A DNA stretch of 62,686 nt, filler included, from Chiloscyllium plagiosum (GCF_004010195.1; 3 parts of one record of this genome joined end to end with filler, not necessarily neighbours in it), one strand, 5' to 3'. Positions 25,262-39,600 are shown, counted from the whole stretch's first letter. The notes: generated by a model not told the origin, from the letters alone. Program-made: numbers and translations.

Positions 25262-27205
25262 ACTTTGCCTTTCCAAATACATGTAAATTCTATCTGTCAG
25301 GACTCCTCTAACAACTTGCCCACCACCGAAGTCAGGCTCATTGGTCTATAGTTCCCTGATTATTCCTTACTATCTTTCTTAAACAGTGGCATCACGTTAG
25401 CCAACCTCCAGTCTTCTAGCACCTCACCTGTGATGATTGATGATCCAAATATCTCAGCAAGGGGCTCAGTGATCACTTCCCTAGTTTCCCACAGATTTCT
25501 AGGGTACATCTGATCTGGTCTTGGGGATTTATCCACCTTTATGCATTTTAAGACATCCATCACTTCCTTCTCTGTAATATGGACACTTGTCAAGATACCA
25601 CCATCTATTTCTTTACATTCTATAACTTGCATGTCCTTCTCCACAGTAAGCACAGATGCAAAATACTCATTTAGTATCTTCCCATCTCCTGCGGTTCCAC
25701 ACATAGGCTGCCTTGCTGATCATTGGGGGCCCATTCTCTTCCTTGTTACCCTTTTGTCCTTAATGTATTCATAAATACCCTTTGGATTCTCCTTAACTAT
25801 ATTTATCAAAGTTATCTCATGTCCCCTTTTTGCCCTCCTGATTTCTCTCTTGAGTATTCACCTTCTGAAGGATTCACTCCATCTCTCCTGTTTATACCTG
25901 ACATTATTAGATTAGATTTGATCACTTACAGTGTGGAAACAGGCCCTTCGGCCCAACAAGTCCACACCGACCTGCCGAAGCGCAGCCCACTCCCCTACAT
26001 TTACCCCTTCACCTAACACTACAGGCAATTTAGCATGGTCAATTCACCTAATCTGCACATTTTTGGATTGTGGGAGGAAACCAGAGCACACCCACGCAGA
26101 CACAGGAGAATGTGCAAACTCCACACAGAGAGTCACCTGAGGCAGGAATTGAACCTGGGTCTCTGGCACTGTGAGGCAGCAGTGCTAACCACTGTGCCAT
26201 CGTGCTGCTTCGCTCTTTCTCTTAACCAAAACTTCAATTTCTCTAGCCATCCAGCATTCCCTACACCTACTAGCTTGCCTTTCACCCTAACAGGAACATA
26301 CTGTCTCTGGTCACTCGTTATCTTGTGTTTGAAGGCTTCCCATTTTCCAGCCGTCCCTTTACTCTCACATATCTGCCCTCCCGCCCCCCCCCCCACCCCA
26401 ATCAAATAATCCCATCAAGATTGGCCTTCCTCCAATTTAGAACTTCAATTTTTAGATCTGAATCTAATAGAATTATTGTTGCCGGCCCCAAAGTGTTCCT
26501 CCACTGACACCTCAGTCATCTGCCCTGCCTTATTTCCCAAAAGTAGGTCAATTTTTGCATCTTCTGTGGTAGTTACATCCACATACTGAATCAGAAAATT
26601 TTCTTGTACACACTTAACAAATTCCTCTCCATCTAAACCATTGACACTATTATCAGTCCCAGTCTATGTTTGGAAAGTTAAAATTGCTTACCGTAACCAC
26701 CCTATTATTCTTACAGATAACAGATCTCCTTACAAGTTTGTTTCGCAATTTCCCACTGACTACTGCAGGGTCTACAATTCAATCCCAATAAGGTGATCAT
26801 CACTTGCTTATTTGTCAGTTCCACCCAAATAACTTCCCTGGATGTGTTCCCAGAAATACCCTTCCTAAGTACCACCATAATGCTATCCCTTATCAAAAAC
26901 ATCTCTCCTGCACCTCTCTTGCCTTCCTTTCTATCCTTCCTGTAGCATTTGTATCCTGGAACATTAAGCTGCCAGTCCTGCCCATCCCTGAGCCATGTTT
27001 CTGTAATTGCTCTGATATCCCAGTCCCATGTTCCTAACCATGCCCTGAGTTCATCTGCATTCCTGTTAGGCCCCTTGCATTGAAATAAATGCAGTTTAAT
27101 TTATCAGACCTACCTTGTTCTCTGCTTTGTTCCTGCCTGGTCTGAATGTTTGATTTGCTCCTTTTCCCAACTGTACCAGTCTCAGATTGATCTCTTTCTT
27201 CACTA
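25262..27205 (-). mobile_element. CR1 LINE (endonuclease to RT N-terminus), with HE1 SINE at 25908-26205
   Basis: LNCIYFNARGL, VIWVELTNK, ILNEYFASV...DKSPRPD...EDWRLANVMPLFKK. Confidence 0.85.
25908..26205 (-). mobile_element. HE1-like SINE
   Basis: Reverse complement of the SINE consensus; (ATTAG)n tail on +. Confidence 0.85.
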
Positions 27206-27211
27206 TTTCCC

Positions 27212-28602
27212 AGTGGAGAGATAAATGGGAGGGGTTGGGGCTGGGGAGCATCAGGAGCAACGGATACAATAAATGAAATTGGTAGATGTATAGGTGATGG
27301 ATGCGGAAGGCTCCTTTGGGGTCTTGGACAGAGGTAAGTAGGGGGGAGTGTGGGCGCAGGTTTTGCAATTCCGTTGGTGGCAGGGGAGGGTGCCAGGAGG
27401 GGAGGGTGGGTTGTTGAGGGGGGGGGGTGGTGTGTGCGTGGACCTGACCAGGTAGTCACGGAGGGAATTATTTTTGCGGAAAGCAGAAAGGGATGGGAAG
27501 GGAACTATATCCCTGCTGGTGGGGTCTGTTTGTAGGTGGCGGAAATGTTGGTGGATGATGCAGTTTATGCGAAGGTTGGTAGGGTGGAAGGTTGCTCCCA
27601 ATGCGGTCTCCTCTACATTGGGGAGACTGGACACCTTCTCGCAGAGCACTTTTAAGGAACGGCACGGTGGCACGGTGGTTAGCACTGCTGCCTCGCAGCG
27701 CCAGAGACCCGGGTTCAATTCCCGCCTCAGGCGACTGACTGTGTGGAGTTTGCACGTTCTCCCCGTGTCTGCGTGGGTTTCCTGTGGGTGCTCCGGTTTC
27801 CTCCCACACTCCAAAGATGTGCAGGCCAGGTGAATTGGCCATGCTAAATTGCCCGTAGTGTTAGGTAAAAGGGGTAAATGTAGGGGTATGGGTGGGTTAC
27901 GCTTCGGCGGGTCGGTGTGGACTTGTTGGGCCGAAGGGCCTGTTTCCATACTGTAAGTAATCTAATCTAATCTAATCTCCGGGACACCCGCACCAATCAA
28001 TCTTATCGCCCTGTGGCCCAACATTTCAACTCCCCCTCCCACTCTGCTGAGGACATGCAGGTCCTGGGCCTCCTCCACTGCCACTCCCTCACCACCCGAC
28101 ACCTGGAGGAAGAACGCCTCATCTTCTGCCTCGGAACTCTTCAACCCTAGGGCATCAATGTGGACTTCACTAGTTTCCTCATTTCCCCTCCCCCCACCTT
28201 ATCCCAGTTTCAACCTTCCAGCTCAGCACTGTCCCCACGACCTGTCCCAGCTGTCAATCTCCCTTCCCACCTATCCGCTCCACCCTCCTCTCTGACCTAT
28301 CACCTTCATCCCCACCCTCATTCACCTATTGTACTCCTTGCTACCTTCCCCCACCCTCCCCTCTGATGTATCACCTCCATCCCTACCCCATTCACCTATT
28401 GTACTCTTCGCTACCTTCTTCCCAACCCCACCCTCCTTCCATTTATCTCTCCACCTTGGAGGCTCTCTGCCTTCAGTCCTGATGATGGGCTTTTGCCTGA
28501 AACATTGACTTTCCTGCTTCTCAGATACTGCCTGACCTGCTGTGCTTTTCCAGCACCACTCTGATCTACAATCTGAGTTCCAGCATCTGCAGTCCTCACT
28601 TT
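27212..28602. mobile_element. Penelope-like element 3' part with 5' inversion
   Basis: 27240-27590 on minus ends YCIRCS; 27591-28602 on plus resumes CSQCGLLYIGETG (GIY-YIG), then pyrimidine-rich UTR and hammerhead remnant AGTC-CTGATGA-T-GGGC-TTTT-GCCT-GAAAC-ATT-GACT at ~28475-28510. Confidence 0.8.
27661..27977 (+). mobile_element. Young HE1-like SINE inserted in PLE
   Basis: GGCACGGTGGTTAGC A-box, GGTTCAATTCC B-box, CpG-rich, (TAATC)n tail. Confidence 0.9.
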
Positions 28603-29719
28603 TGTAAGTAAAGCAGGCAGACAGTGCAACTAGTTCCTGGCTACTATTGACTTGTTTCCCATATTGCAGGGAGTTGATGAGGAGGAAGGTTAGGTGTTCG
28701 GCAGTCTGCCCACTCATTAGCTAATCGGAGCCCTTAATTAGCTAATTAATGACAAATTAAGGACTTTGTTTTTGTTTGTGCCACAATAACATGTGCAGTG
28801 GGAAAGGTGGAAGGAATGTGGCCAACACAGCTGGTTTCAAAGAAATTTAAAAGCTGGATTGGGATACCTTCTTAGCCCATCAGACACAACATCCCCTTTT
28901 TAAGTTCAGGTGACATCTTCCTTCTTTTCAGGATCACCTTTAATTCCAGCTCCTCGTACTGCTCAGGCTCTATATGCTGATAGCCAATCTGATTGACCAG
29001 CAGCTCTTGAAGTTGGGCCTTCCTGTCCCGAGGGGCAGAATTCCCACTTTCAGGTAGTGAAGGCCAACCCCAGAATCTGATCACTGTGGAGGGATTTAAA
29101 TTCGGTGAGCTGTCAAGCGGAATTTCAACCAGAGAGCTGAGGAGTACATTCTCCTGTGAGGAGCTCATGTCTGAAGCTCTATAATCAAGTGTTTGCTCCT
29201 ACGCAACTCCAAAGTGGTGCAGACAGAAGTTACAAATGGCAACCTCTGTGACTGTGAGAAAGGGGCTATTTCCCTTCTCGCTGCCCCCCCCCCACCCCTT
29301 GTTCTGTGTGCAGCCTTTGACATGTTTGATCACACCATCTTCCTCCAGTCTTTCTCCACTGTTGCCAGCAGGGTGGGACTGAATTTTCCTGGGTCCATAG
29401 TTACCAAGTAATTATAGTCAAAGAAGCATTTGGGGAAAGGTTTATCTTTCTCTTCTTACATGTTTAATGCTCATGTCCATTCAGGATCTATCCTTGGACC
29501 TTTCTTTTTTCTAGTGGAACTATTTCTCCTTCATAACATCATCTGAAGACATATCTGACAACATCCTGTTCCACATCACAATCACCTCTGCTGGCTCCTG
29601 TACCATTGCGATTTTATCAGATTCAAAATCAAGTCTGTACTAGCAGAAATTTCCTGCAGATGAAAATTGAAGACTAAAGCTGGTGTTTATAATCCCGCCT
29701 GCTCCCCTTGCCCACAAAA

Positions 29720-32175
29720 TCTTCATGGTGGGCTTTCAAGGAGGTGGAGATGACAGAAAAAGAGTTCAACGTTGTGGTGCATACTGAATTCGCTGCCACG
29801 GAGATGTAGTGGAAGGAAGGAAGGTAAGTCCTCTGGAGTGGGGGTAGGCAGGGGATGGTCATGTGATCGGTGGTAATATCAGCAGTCATGAAGATGGTGT
29901 CTATGGAGGCAATGTGGTTGATGGCAGGAACCTACTTTTTTGATCATGACTCCCACCCACCCTGTGGAGGCCCATTCTCCTGCCTCCAACACAGTCCATC
30001 TTCTTGGACACCTGGTCCTGGCTTCTTATCCTCTGTTGACCTCGGCATCTCCAACTGCCTATGCGACATTAACCGCTTCAATCTCTCCACCCCACTACTC
30101 CAAACTCTCGCTCTTGCAACATGCAGCCATCCACGCCCTCGGCTCCCAAACTCAACCCAGCTGACAAGGTGGGGGGGGGGGGGGGGGGGGATGGTGCAGT
30201 GTAGTAGTATGGTGCACTGACCTCTACCTCACTGAGGCCAGATGCCAACTCGCCGACACCTCGTCCCCTTGACAACTCCACCTCTAATCAGCAAAGCATC
30301 ATCTCCAAGACCTTCCACAACCTCATCACCTCAGGGGATCTCTCAGCCTTAGCCACCAACCTCATAGTCCTCCAACGCCATACCGTCCAGTCCAATCTCT
30401 TCCCCAAAATCCACTAACCTGACTGCCTGGTCAACCCATTGTCTTTGCCTGCTCCTGCCCCACTGAATGTATCTCATACCTTGACACCGTCCTAACTCCC
30501 TTTGTCCAGGAACTCCCCACATATGTTCAAGACACCATCTACCTCCTCCATGACTTGCAATTCCTCAGCCCCAACACCTCATCATCACTATGGACATCCC
30601 TTTACACCTTTACGTCCCCTGAGGAAAGCTTCCAAGCCTCCATTACTTCCTTTCCCACTGATCCAACTAGTCCCCCTCCACTGACACTCTCATTCATTGG
30701 CAGAACCGTTCCTCACCCTCAACAACTTCTCCTTTAAAACCTCCACTTCCTACAAACCAGAGGGATAGCCAAGGGCACCTGCATGGGTCCGAACAATGCC
30801 TGCCTCTTCATAGGATATGTGGCACAATCTTTCTTCTGTAAATATCTTTGCGGAAGAAAAGAAAACCAGCATCCTTTTCTCCATTCCATTGATGACTGTA
30901 TCAGCACTATCTTGTGCTCCCATGGGGTGCTTGAACACTCATACCTTCCACCCTGACCTCAAATTCACCTGGACCATCTCTGATACCTCCCTCCCCTTCC
31001 TGGACCTCTCTGTCTCCGTCACTGGCATCCGACTTAATGCCAACATCTACTACAAACCCACTGACTCCCACGGCTATCTTGAACCCCCCCCCCACCTCAC
31101 CCCCCAACCCCCCTCACTGCAAATTCCTCCACCTCCACCGTATCTGCTCTAAGGAGGAGTGATTCCAATCCAGGACATCCCAGATGTCCTCCTACTTCCA
31201 AGAGTGTAATTTCCTCTCCCCTGTTATCAACATTACCCTCAATTGCATCTTCTCCATTTCCCATACCTCTGCCCTCAAACCCCACCCTTACACCCGCAAC
31301 AAGGATAGAACCCCCCAGTATTCACATTCCGCACAACTAATCTCTAAGTTTAGCATATCATCCTCCATCACTTTTGCCACCTACAGTCTGACCCCACCAC
31401 CAAAAATATATTTCCCTCCCCACCACTGTCCGCATTCCATAGGGACTGTTCTCTCCATGATTGCCTTGTTAGGGCCACACTCCCCACCAACTTCCTCTCT
31501 ACACCTGGCACCTTCTCTTGCCACCACTGTCCAAGGCCCCATAGGATTCTTCCAAATCCAGCAGAGACTTATGTGTACATCCTCAAACCTCATTTACTGC
31601 ATCCGTTGCTCTTGATCTGGTCTTTTCTATATTGCAGAGACCAAGTGCAAACATGCTGAACGGTACAGAGAACATCTCTGGTCCATCTGCACCAACTAAC
31701 CCCACCTTCCTGTTGCTATTCATTTCAAGTCATTCCCCTAAGGACATATGCATTCTGCGCCTCCTTCATTTCTAAACAAGGCCACCCACAAACTAGAGGA
31801 GGAACATCTAATTTTCTGCCTCGGGAGCTTATAACCACACAGCCTCAGCATTGAGTTCACCAGTTTCCAAATCTCCCGACCCCCCCCCCCCCCCACCACC
31901 CTAACCCAGATCCAACCCTCTGGCTTGGTTCCACCTGTCCATCTTTCTTCCCACGTATCCACTCTGCACTTCCCACCAACCTATCACACTCACCTCCTAT
32001 CTTCGCCCACTTATCAACATCCCATCTACCTTTTCCCCAGTGCATACCCCACTCCCCCTTAATTATTTCTCAGCCCCCTTCCTCCTTCCCAGTCCTGATG
32101 ACGGGTTTTGCCTGGAACGCCAACTCTCTTGGTCCTCAGATGCTGTCTGACCTTTTGTGCTTTTTCCAGCTCCAT
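29720..32175 (+). mobile_element. Degenerate Penelope-like element (RT, GIY-YIG, terminus)
   Basis: TFHPDLKFTWTISDTSLPFLDLSV...IYYKPTDSH; NLIYCIRCS; degenerate hammerhead AGTCCTGATGA at 32091. Confidence 0.8.
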
Positions 32176-32487
32176 ACTTTATCGATACAAAATCATTATC
32201 CTCACTACAGATTGAAACCCTCTGTCTGGCAAAAGCCTGTGGCTGAATCAGGCTGTTCACACCTTGGTGTTAAATTTGATCCTGAGTTAACTCGCTGACC
32301 ACATTTTTGCCCTGTCATTAGGTTTACAGTACTCTACCTTCAGACAATGTTACATTCCATTCCTGGTTCAGCTCACCTGCTGCTGAAAACTTCATTAAAG
32401 GCTTTATTATACTTTTGAGATAAGTAGGTTTCAAATTAATTGAACAGGTATTTTGCATCAGGCTTCACTGTATATGTAAAAGTAACA

Positions 32488-33070
32488 GAGTCGAGAGTGT
32501 GATGCTGGGAAAGCACAGCAGGTCAGGCAACATCCAAGGATCAGGAGAATTGATGTTTCAGGCATACGTCCTTCATCAGGAATGAGGTTTGTGAGCCTAG
32601 GGAGATGGACAGATGGGACAGGTCATGAGGGTGGTGCTGAGCTGGATGGTTGGATCTGGGATAAGGTGGGGGAAGGGGAAATGCAGAAACTGGTGAAATC
32701 CACTGATGCCATATGGTTGGAGGGTCCCGAGGCGGAAGATGAGGCATTCTTCCTCCAAGAAGTCGGGTGGTTAGGGTTTGGCGATGGAGGAGGCTACGAC
32801 TTGCATGTTCTCGGCAGAGTGGGAGGGGGAGTTAAAGTGTTTGGCCACAGGTAGGTGGCGTTGCTTTGTGCATGTGTCCCGGAAATGTTTTCTAAAGTGC
32901 TCTGCGAGTAGGCGTTCTGTCTCCCCAATGTAGAGGAGACTGCAACAGGAGCAACGGATACACTAAATGACATGTGTGGAAGTGCAGGTAAATCTCTGAT
33001 CGATTTGGAAGGCTCCTTTGGGACCTTGGATAGAGGTGAGTGGGGAGCTGTGGGTGCAGGTTTTGTAAAA
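32488..33070 (-). mobile_element. PLE 3' fragment
   Basis: Minus strand encodes VYPLLLLQSPLHWGDR, an alternate frame of YCIRCS.C.LLYIGET; hammerhead remnant at 32550-32582. Confidence 0.75.
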
Positions 33071-33894
33071 TTTGCAAGTTTTCTGACTGTGTACCAAACA
33101 TGTATCTAAACACTTTTGTGATTGAGATGGAGCTTTATGTGCAGAGGGAAGTAACTTGTACCAGAACTATGCTATAATGTTCCCAGTATGAGCACACACA
33201 CAGTAACTAGTAATTAATTTCACTTTAACTTTTAGGAGCACAGCTCCTGGTGTCAATAAGAGTTCAGCCAAAACTCTTTTCATTGGACATCAGCATTCTG
33301 GTTGACCGAGGGGTGGACATTAATTGAAATGTAATAAGACTGAGCTGCTCTGGATAGCATTGTTTCCAACGTGAAATGCACAAAGACTTTGAGCTTAATT
33401 TCCCTCTCCTATCACTGTTCCCACCCTGACTGATTCCGTCTGTTCCTCCTCCTCCTGCTGTACTTCCCTGAAAAACCTAGGATTAGATCTGCAGAGAAGC
33501 TGAATTATACTGTTACTGTGGCAATTGTTTGGGTAAATACTGAACTAACAGTGAAGGTGTCTTCTGTTATTCGACCCTGACCCTCCTTCCTCTCTTCTTA
33601 TGGCTGACCATTTTTTCACCATGACTACAATGAGAAAACCATTGCTATGCCAACAGTTTGCACTCAAAGAGATCCATTAAAAAAGACCAAAAAAGACACA
33701 CTATTTTTATAGAAAACATCTAGTAAAGCCTCATATAAAGTGGGAAAGAATTGAACTTGCCTTTGAGAAAGGAATTATTGTAAAAAATTAATAATATGTC
33801 AGACATGAATTTTCAATAATTAGATTTAATTCTCAAAATATGTGTCACTCATTATCTTACGACAACAGGACAATGTTTGCAAAGAAACGATAAA

Positions 33895-34030
33895 GTTCTG
33901 AGGAAGTGTCACTGGATCCAGAACGTTAACTCTGATTTATTTCCACAGATGCTGCCAGAGCCCCTGAGCTTTTCCAGGGATTTCTGTTGTTGTTTCTGAT
34001 TTCCACCATCCGTAGTTCTTTCAGTTTTTA
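33895..34030 (+). mobile_element. Old PLE-terminus fragment with degenerate hammerhead
   Basis: CTGAGGAAG...GAACGTTAACT followed by CAGATGCTGCCAGA...CTTTTCCAG terminus. Confidence 0.5.
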
Positions 34031-34405
34031 ACAAAGTTGTGTAGTTTAGTCTCACACATCAATCCTAATAATAGAGTAAACCAAGACCACTTGGTTGGTG
34101 AGTTGCCCTTCTCAGAAGAAAGAACCTACAATCAAAGGAAACAAGAGGAAAAGTAGAGCGCACAGGCCCTAAAACCTATTCCTTTTGTCAATTTGTTCAT
34201 GGCCGATTTAAAGTTTCAACTCCACTTTCCCACCTATTTCTCATATAATTTGATTCCCCAAGAGACCAAAAGTATGTCTATCCCAGCCTTGAACATAATC
34301 AATGATGGAGAATCTTCAACGCTCTGGAATAGAGAATTCCAATCATTCTACTCCTGTAACATTCTTATCCTTCTTTTACATATCTATGGGCTGTGAACTA
34401 CTAAG

Positions 34406-35460
34406 TAAAAACAATGACTGCAGATGCTGGAAACCAGATTCTGGATTAGTGGTGCTGGAAGAGCACAGCAGTTCAGGCAGCATCCGAGGAGCAGTAAAAT
34501 CGACGTTTTGGGCAAAAGCCCTCCATCAGGAATAAAGGCAGAGAGCCTGAAGCTTNNNNNNNNNNNNNNNNNNNNNNNNNNNNNNNNNNNNNNNNNNNNN
34601 NNNNNNNNNNNNNNNNNNNNNNNNNNNNNNNNNNNNNNNNNNNNNNNNNNNNNNNNNNNNNNNNNNNNNNNNNNNNNNNNNNNNNNNNNNNNNNNNNNNN
34701 NNNNNNNNNNNNNNNNNNNNNNNNNNNNNNNNNNNNNNNNNNNNNNNNNNNNNNNNNNNNNNNNNNNNNNNNNNNNNNNNNNNNNNNNNNNNNNNNNNNN
34801 NNNNNNNNNNNNNNNNNNNNNNNNNNNNNNNNNNNNNNNNNNNNNNNNNNNNNNNNNNNNNNNNNNNNNNNNNNNNNNNNNNNNGAAATATATCCCTGGT
34901 GGTGGGGTCTTTTTGGAGGTGGCGGAAATGTCGGCGGATGATTTGGTTTATGCGAAGGTTGGTAGGTTGGTTCTGTCCTTGTTACAGTTGGAGGGGTGGG
35001 GTCTGAGGGCGGAGGTGCGGGATGTGGACGAGATGTGTTGGAGGGCATCTTTAACCACGTGGGAAGGGAAATTGCGATCTCTAAAGAAGGAGGCCATCTG
35101 GTGTGTTCTGTGGTGGAACTGGTCCTCCTGGGAGCAGATGCTGCAGAAGCAGAGGAATTGGAGGCCCTGGTCATGGCGGATGGAGGTGTAGAGGGATTGA
35201 GGCCCTGGTCATGGCGGATGGAGGTGTAGAGGGATTGGATATCCATGGTGATGAGGCATTGGGAGCCGGGGAAATGGAAGTCTTGGAGGAGGTGGAGGTC
35301 ATGGCGGATGGAGGTGTAGAGGGATTGGATATCCATGGTGAAGTTGAGGCATTGGGAGCCGGGGAAATGGAAGTCTTGGAGGAGGTGGAGGGCATGGGTG
35401 GTGTCTCGAACCTATTGGGGAGTTCCTGGACTAGGGGGGGATAGGAAAGTGTTGAGGTAT
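34406..35460 (-). mobile_element. PLE spanning an N gap, with internal tandem duplications in RT
   Basis: TMDIQSLYTSIRHD repeated; terminus at 34406-34554; gap 34556-34884. Confidence 0.8.
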
Positions 35461-35469
35461 GAACTACTT

Positions 35470-36620
35470 GTCCTAGAGAAGGTGGTAATGAGTGGTATTC
35501 TTGAACCACTGTAGTCCTTGAGAGGTAGGAACATCTACAATGCTGTTTGAGAGTGAGTTCAGGAGTTTATCGCAGTGACAGTGAAGGAGTATGTAGGATA
35601 TGGTTCCAGGTTAGAATATTACATGGCTTAGAAAGGAACTTGCACGTGATGGTGTTCTCATACATCTGCTGTCCTTGAACTTTTAGCTGGTCGAGGTTAT
35701 GGGGGTGGTTTGGAAGTTGCTGTATAAGGAGCCTTGGTGAGTTACTGCAGTGCACCTTGGAAATGGTACACGCTGCTGCTACCGAGCGTTAGTGCTGAAA
35801 GGAGTGAATGTGAAAAGTGCTGGATATGGTGCAAATCAAGTGGACTACTTTACCTTGGATGATTTAGGACTTCCAGAATGTTGTTGGAGATGGACTCATC
35901 CAGGCAAGTGGAGAGGATTCCATCACACTCCTGACTTGTGACTTGTAGATGGTGGACAGGATCAGTGGAGTCAAGGGATGAGTTGCTCAGTACCGAAGTC
36001 ATAACCTCTGACAAGCTCTTGCAGCTACAGTAACTATATAGTGACTCTAGTTTAGATTCTGCTGAAATTAACCCCAGGATGTTGAAATGGGAGGTTTAGT
36101 GATGGCTGTGCTGTTGAATGTCAAGGGGCAATTGTCAGATTGTCTCTTGTTGGGGATGTGCACTTTTTGTGGGAGAGTCGGACGTTGCTGGCTGGACAGC
36201 AATTATTGCCCATTAGTAGTTGGACTTGAAAGAGTGGTAGTGAGCTGCCTTCTTGAACTACTGCATGTTTGGTATGTGTACATCCACAAGGGCATTAGAG
36301 AGGCAGTTCCAGGATTTTGAACCAGCAGGGTTGAAGGAACGGTGATGTATTTCCAAGTCAGAATGGTGAGTGCCTGGGAGGGGAACTTGTGGTTGGTGGT
36401 GTTCCAATGTACCTGTTGCCCTTGTCCTTCCACAGAATTGATTACAGGTTTGGGAGATGCTGTCTAAGGATCTTTGGTGAATTTCTGCAGTACATTTTGT
36501 AGATAGTACACCCTGCTGGTATTGAGCATCAGTGGTGGGGTGAATAGACGTTTGTGAATGTGGTCCCAATCCAGTTGGCTACTGTGGCCTGGATGGAGTC
36601 AAGCTTCTTTGTTGGGGTTG
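35470..36620 (-). mobile_element. Two tandem LINE (L2/CR1 group) 3' fragments
   Basis: 35470-36140 and 36200-36620 are homologous to each other; minus remnant HTILTWKYITVPS/GSKSWNCL. Confidence 0.55.
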
Positions 36621-39600
36621 CACAATATCACACATTAGACTTATGATGAATATGATAGATCACACAATGAAACAGATAGTGGCAACATGGATGTAAAGTA
36701 GTAGGAAGTAGTTGGCTGAGTGGTAGGAAACATAGGATAACAATTAATGGGCATTTTTGGGCTGGCAGAAAATTTGCATTGAGTTCCCAGGGGTCGGTAT
36801 TAGGACTTTTGCATTTCCTGATGTATATGTAGGATCAAAATCTTGATATACAGGGGACAGCTTCAATAATAAATGCTGTCTAGTCTGCAGTGTTCACATC
36901 CCAAGAATGAATTTTAAAAACAGAAAAAAAATCTTGTTTATACAAATCTTGTTAGTTCATACAGTGTGTTTTATTTAAGGGAGAATGTTTAGAGAAATAT
37001 CCCATATTTCTGCTCTAAGGGCCTTTGTGTGCGGTTTATGACACTTGGAACCATTATCATGTTGAATCTATAGGTTACTGGCACTGTGGAAGTAAATTTC
37101 TAGGTTTGTATAAGTACCTTCTGCATTCAATTAAAAGTTCTGCATTGAAAAAAAAGCTGTAGTGGCTTTTATGTTAGAGTTCATGAGGTGGAATACAGGT
37201 ACTAAAATGTAATTAAAATTGTTCCCAACAATAATGCAAATCTTCTGTGTACTTTACAAAATACCAAAGGTAGCAGCAATGCATTACTTAGCAAATCACA
37301 GCTGATTACTAATAATGTAGTACAGGCATCCACAAAGATAGGAATTATATTTTCTATTTATATTTCTCCAAAGGCAGTCTTATTATCGATTTCAAATTCT
37401 GTATGGTTGAAAATGTTCTTTTGTAATTAAACATTCAAACTTGGTTAAATGTTATATTATCCCCCTTATTCTTTACTCTAAAATTAATCACATGTCCTAC
37501 GTTGAAATTATATCAAGACATCAGAAGTGTCCTCATACTTATCTGAACTACACATATCTTCTTTGTGGTTAAATGTATTTAATGCAGATGGAGTCTTTGA
37601 CTTTGTTTTTCACCCTGAGGTTGGAATTTCCAGTTGGAAACCTCCTGCAACGTGTATGGTCGGCTAATATCTTCTGCCATTTCTGCAGCAGTACTCTGGT
37701 GTAACATGGACATGTTGCCTTAGTGTGGGCTTAGATACTGGTCCAAACAGTGGAAACACAGAACCAGTGGAAAATTGCAGCCACAGACTGAGATGTTTGT
37801 ACAAGGCTGAATTATTTATGGGGTAGCATTAATATATGGCTCATGTGGAAGTACCAGTCATAATGGTATATTATTGGACGAATAACTCAGAGAAGGTGTG
37901 TTGAAACTCAATCTGAAGAAAACTTGGAAACCAAAACACTGACGTTACTAAAAATGATGACGAAAGAGTTGAATTGGCATTAAAAACCCAGCTGGTTCAT
38001 TAATTAGTGATGCAAACCAACTATCCTCCCTGATCCATATGTGATCTAGTCCCATACTCATAATGCAGACTTGCACCTTAGGCAGTCTTTCAAACTCTGG
38101 CCAGCAACGTGCAAATGAAGACTTCAATTGCTGAAGCTGGTGCAGACAAAAGCCATGAGACCAACTCCTGGTGTCTGATGTTCAAGGGTGGAACAAAGAC
38201 TAGAGCAGCATGGGCTTTTCAGTCTAGCAAGAAGAGACGAGTACAAATTTGATTTTGGGTGATAGTATAAAATTGATAGACATATTATTGACTTTCTTAT
38301 GACCTGCAAATTTGTAGAAGATGTAAATAGTGAAGGAATTGAAAAGTTGAAATATGGAATATTTGCTTTCAATAAAATTATGAGTGGAACAAAGGACACA
38401 GGTTCAAACCTAAAATTTATTGTCAATTATATTAAGGATCTACAATATTTTGAATGCCTAAATAAAATATGTCTACAGTAATTGAGCACAAGTGTCAAGT
38501 TAGGTAAATGTCTTAATCTAATTGGCAAATGCAACTTTAAACCTTACCTGATTTTAACTTTAAATGAATTATAGGTAACACATTCTAGCCTAAAGGGCTG
38601 AACTTCTTTTTAAATTTGTTTATGGAAAGTGAGCACTGTTTGGTAAGGCCAGCATTTATTTCCCAATCTTAATTACCCTTGAGATTATGGTACTGAGCCA
38701 TCTTTATAAACCACTCCAGTCTACATGCTGTAGTTACATTGACAGTATCATTGAGGAGGATGTTACAAGACTTTGAACTAGCAACAGTGATACAGGGCTC
38801 AATCTTTCATTTATATTTTGGCCAGGTTTGAGTTGTCTTGGGTTTTTTTGAAGAGTTTCTTGCTGCAAAGCCTAATGAGTTTTCTTGTCCTGTTTTTCCA
38901 GACTTGCCTCATTACTTAGGTATATTCACCTTGGTGTCTTTTCATGTCTGATTTATACACTATTTTACCATGCGCTGTTCCCAGAACAACTGAACACTCA
39001 GCAAGTATCCTGGAATTCACCGGCATCAATTGCATTGTCTTTAAAAGCTGGTTGTGTACCTGGACAAAAGCTGTCAGTCTGGAGCAGTCCTGCACAATTG
39101 TGGCCATTTTATCTGGACATGGCAGATCAGGAGAAGTCAGTGTCCTGGTTTGTGGGCAGGGACCTGGAAGCCCAACTGAATAGGGTTGTACACAGGAAGA
39201 ACTTCGTCTTCTTCCAGGGTCAGCAATGGAAGCCATGAGATGAGACCTGAACTGAAGTTGCCTCCTGGTTTCAAGCAGTCTTAGTCATCTGCAGGAATGC
39301 CCTTCAACGTAGCAAAGAGGTAAATTACTCTCTCTACTCTGCCAGGGTAAGTGATACCACCTGGTGTCTGATACCTCACTAACTCTCTGTTGCTGAATCC
39401 ACCTCCAACAAGGGCTCATGCCCTACCACTCTCACTATTGCCTGCAACTGCTTTTCTCATACTTTCTCACTGACCACCAGCTCCTGTCAGCACTAACCCT
39501 GCAAACCCTCAACACTGCCAACTCACTGTCTTTGTTCACTTACCACCTGTGCCAAAGATAACAGCTATGCTATCCACTTTCATCTCCCATAATACCTCCC

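Noticed and set aside
28872..29168. ORF with EQY motif as the missing PPP1R9A SAM exon
   Set aside because: Flanking residues do not match the SAM domain; likely transposon-derived debris
34424..35336. Longest ORFs (255/287 aa)
   Set aside because: Inflated by N gap; flanks are PLE sequence
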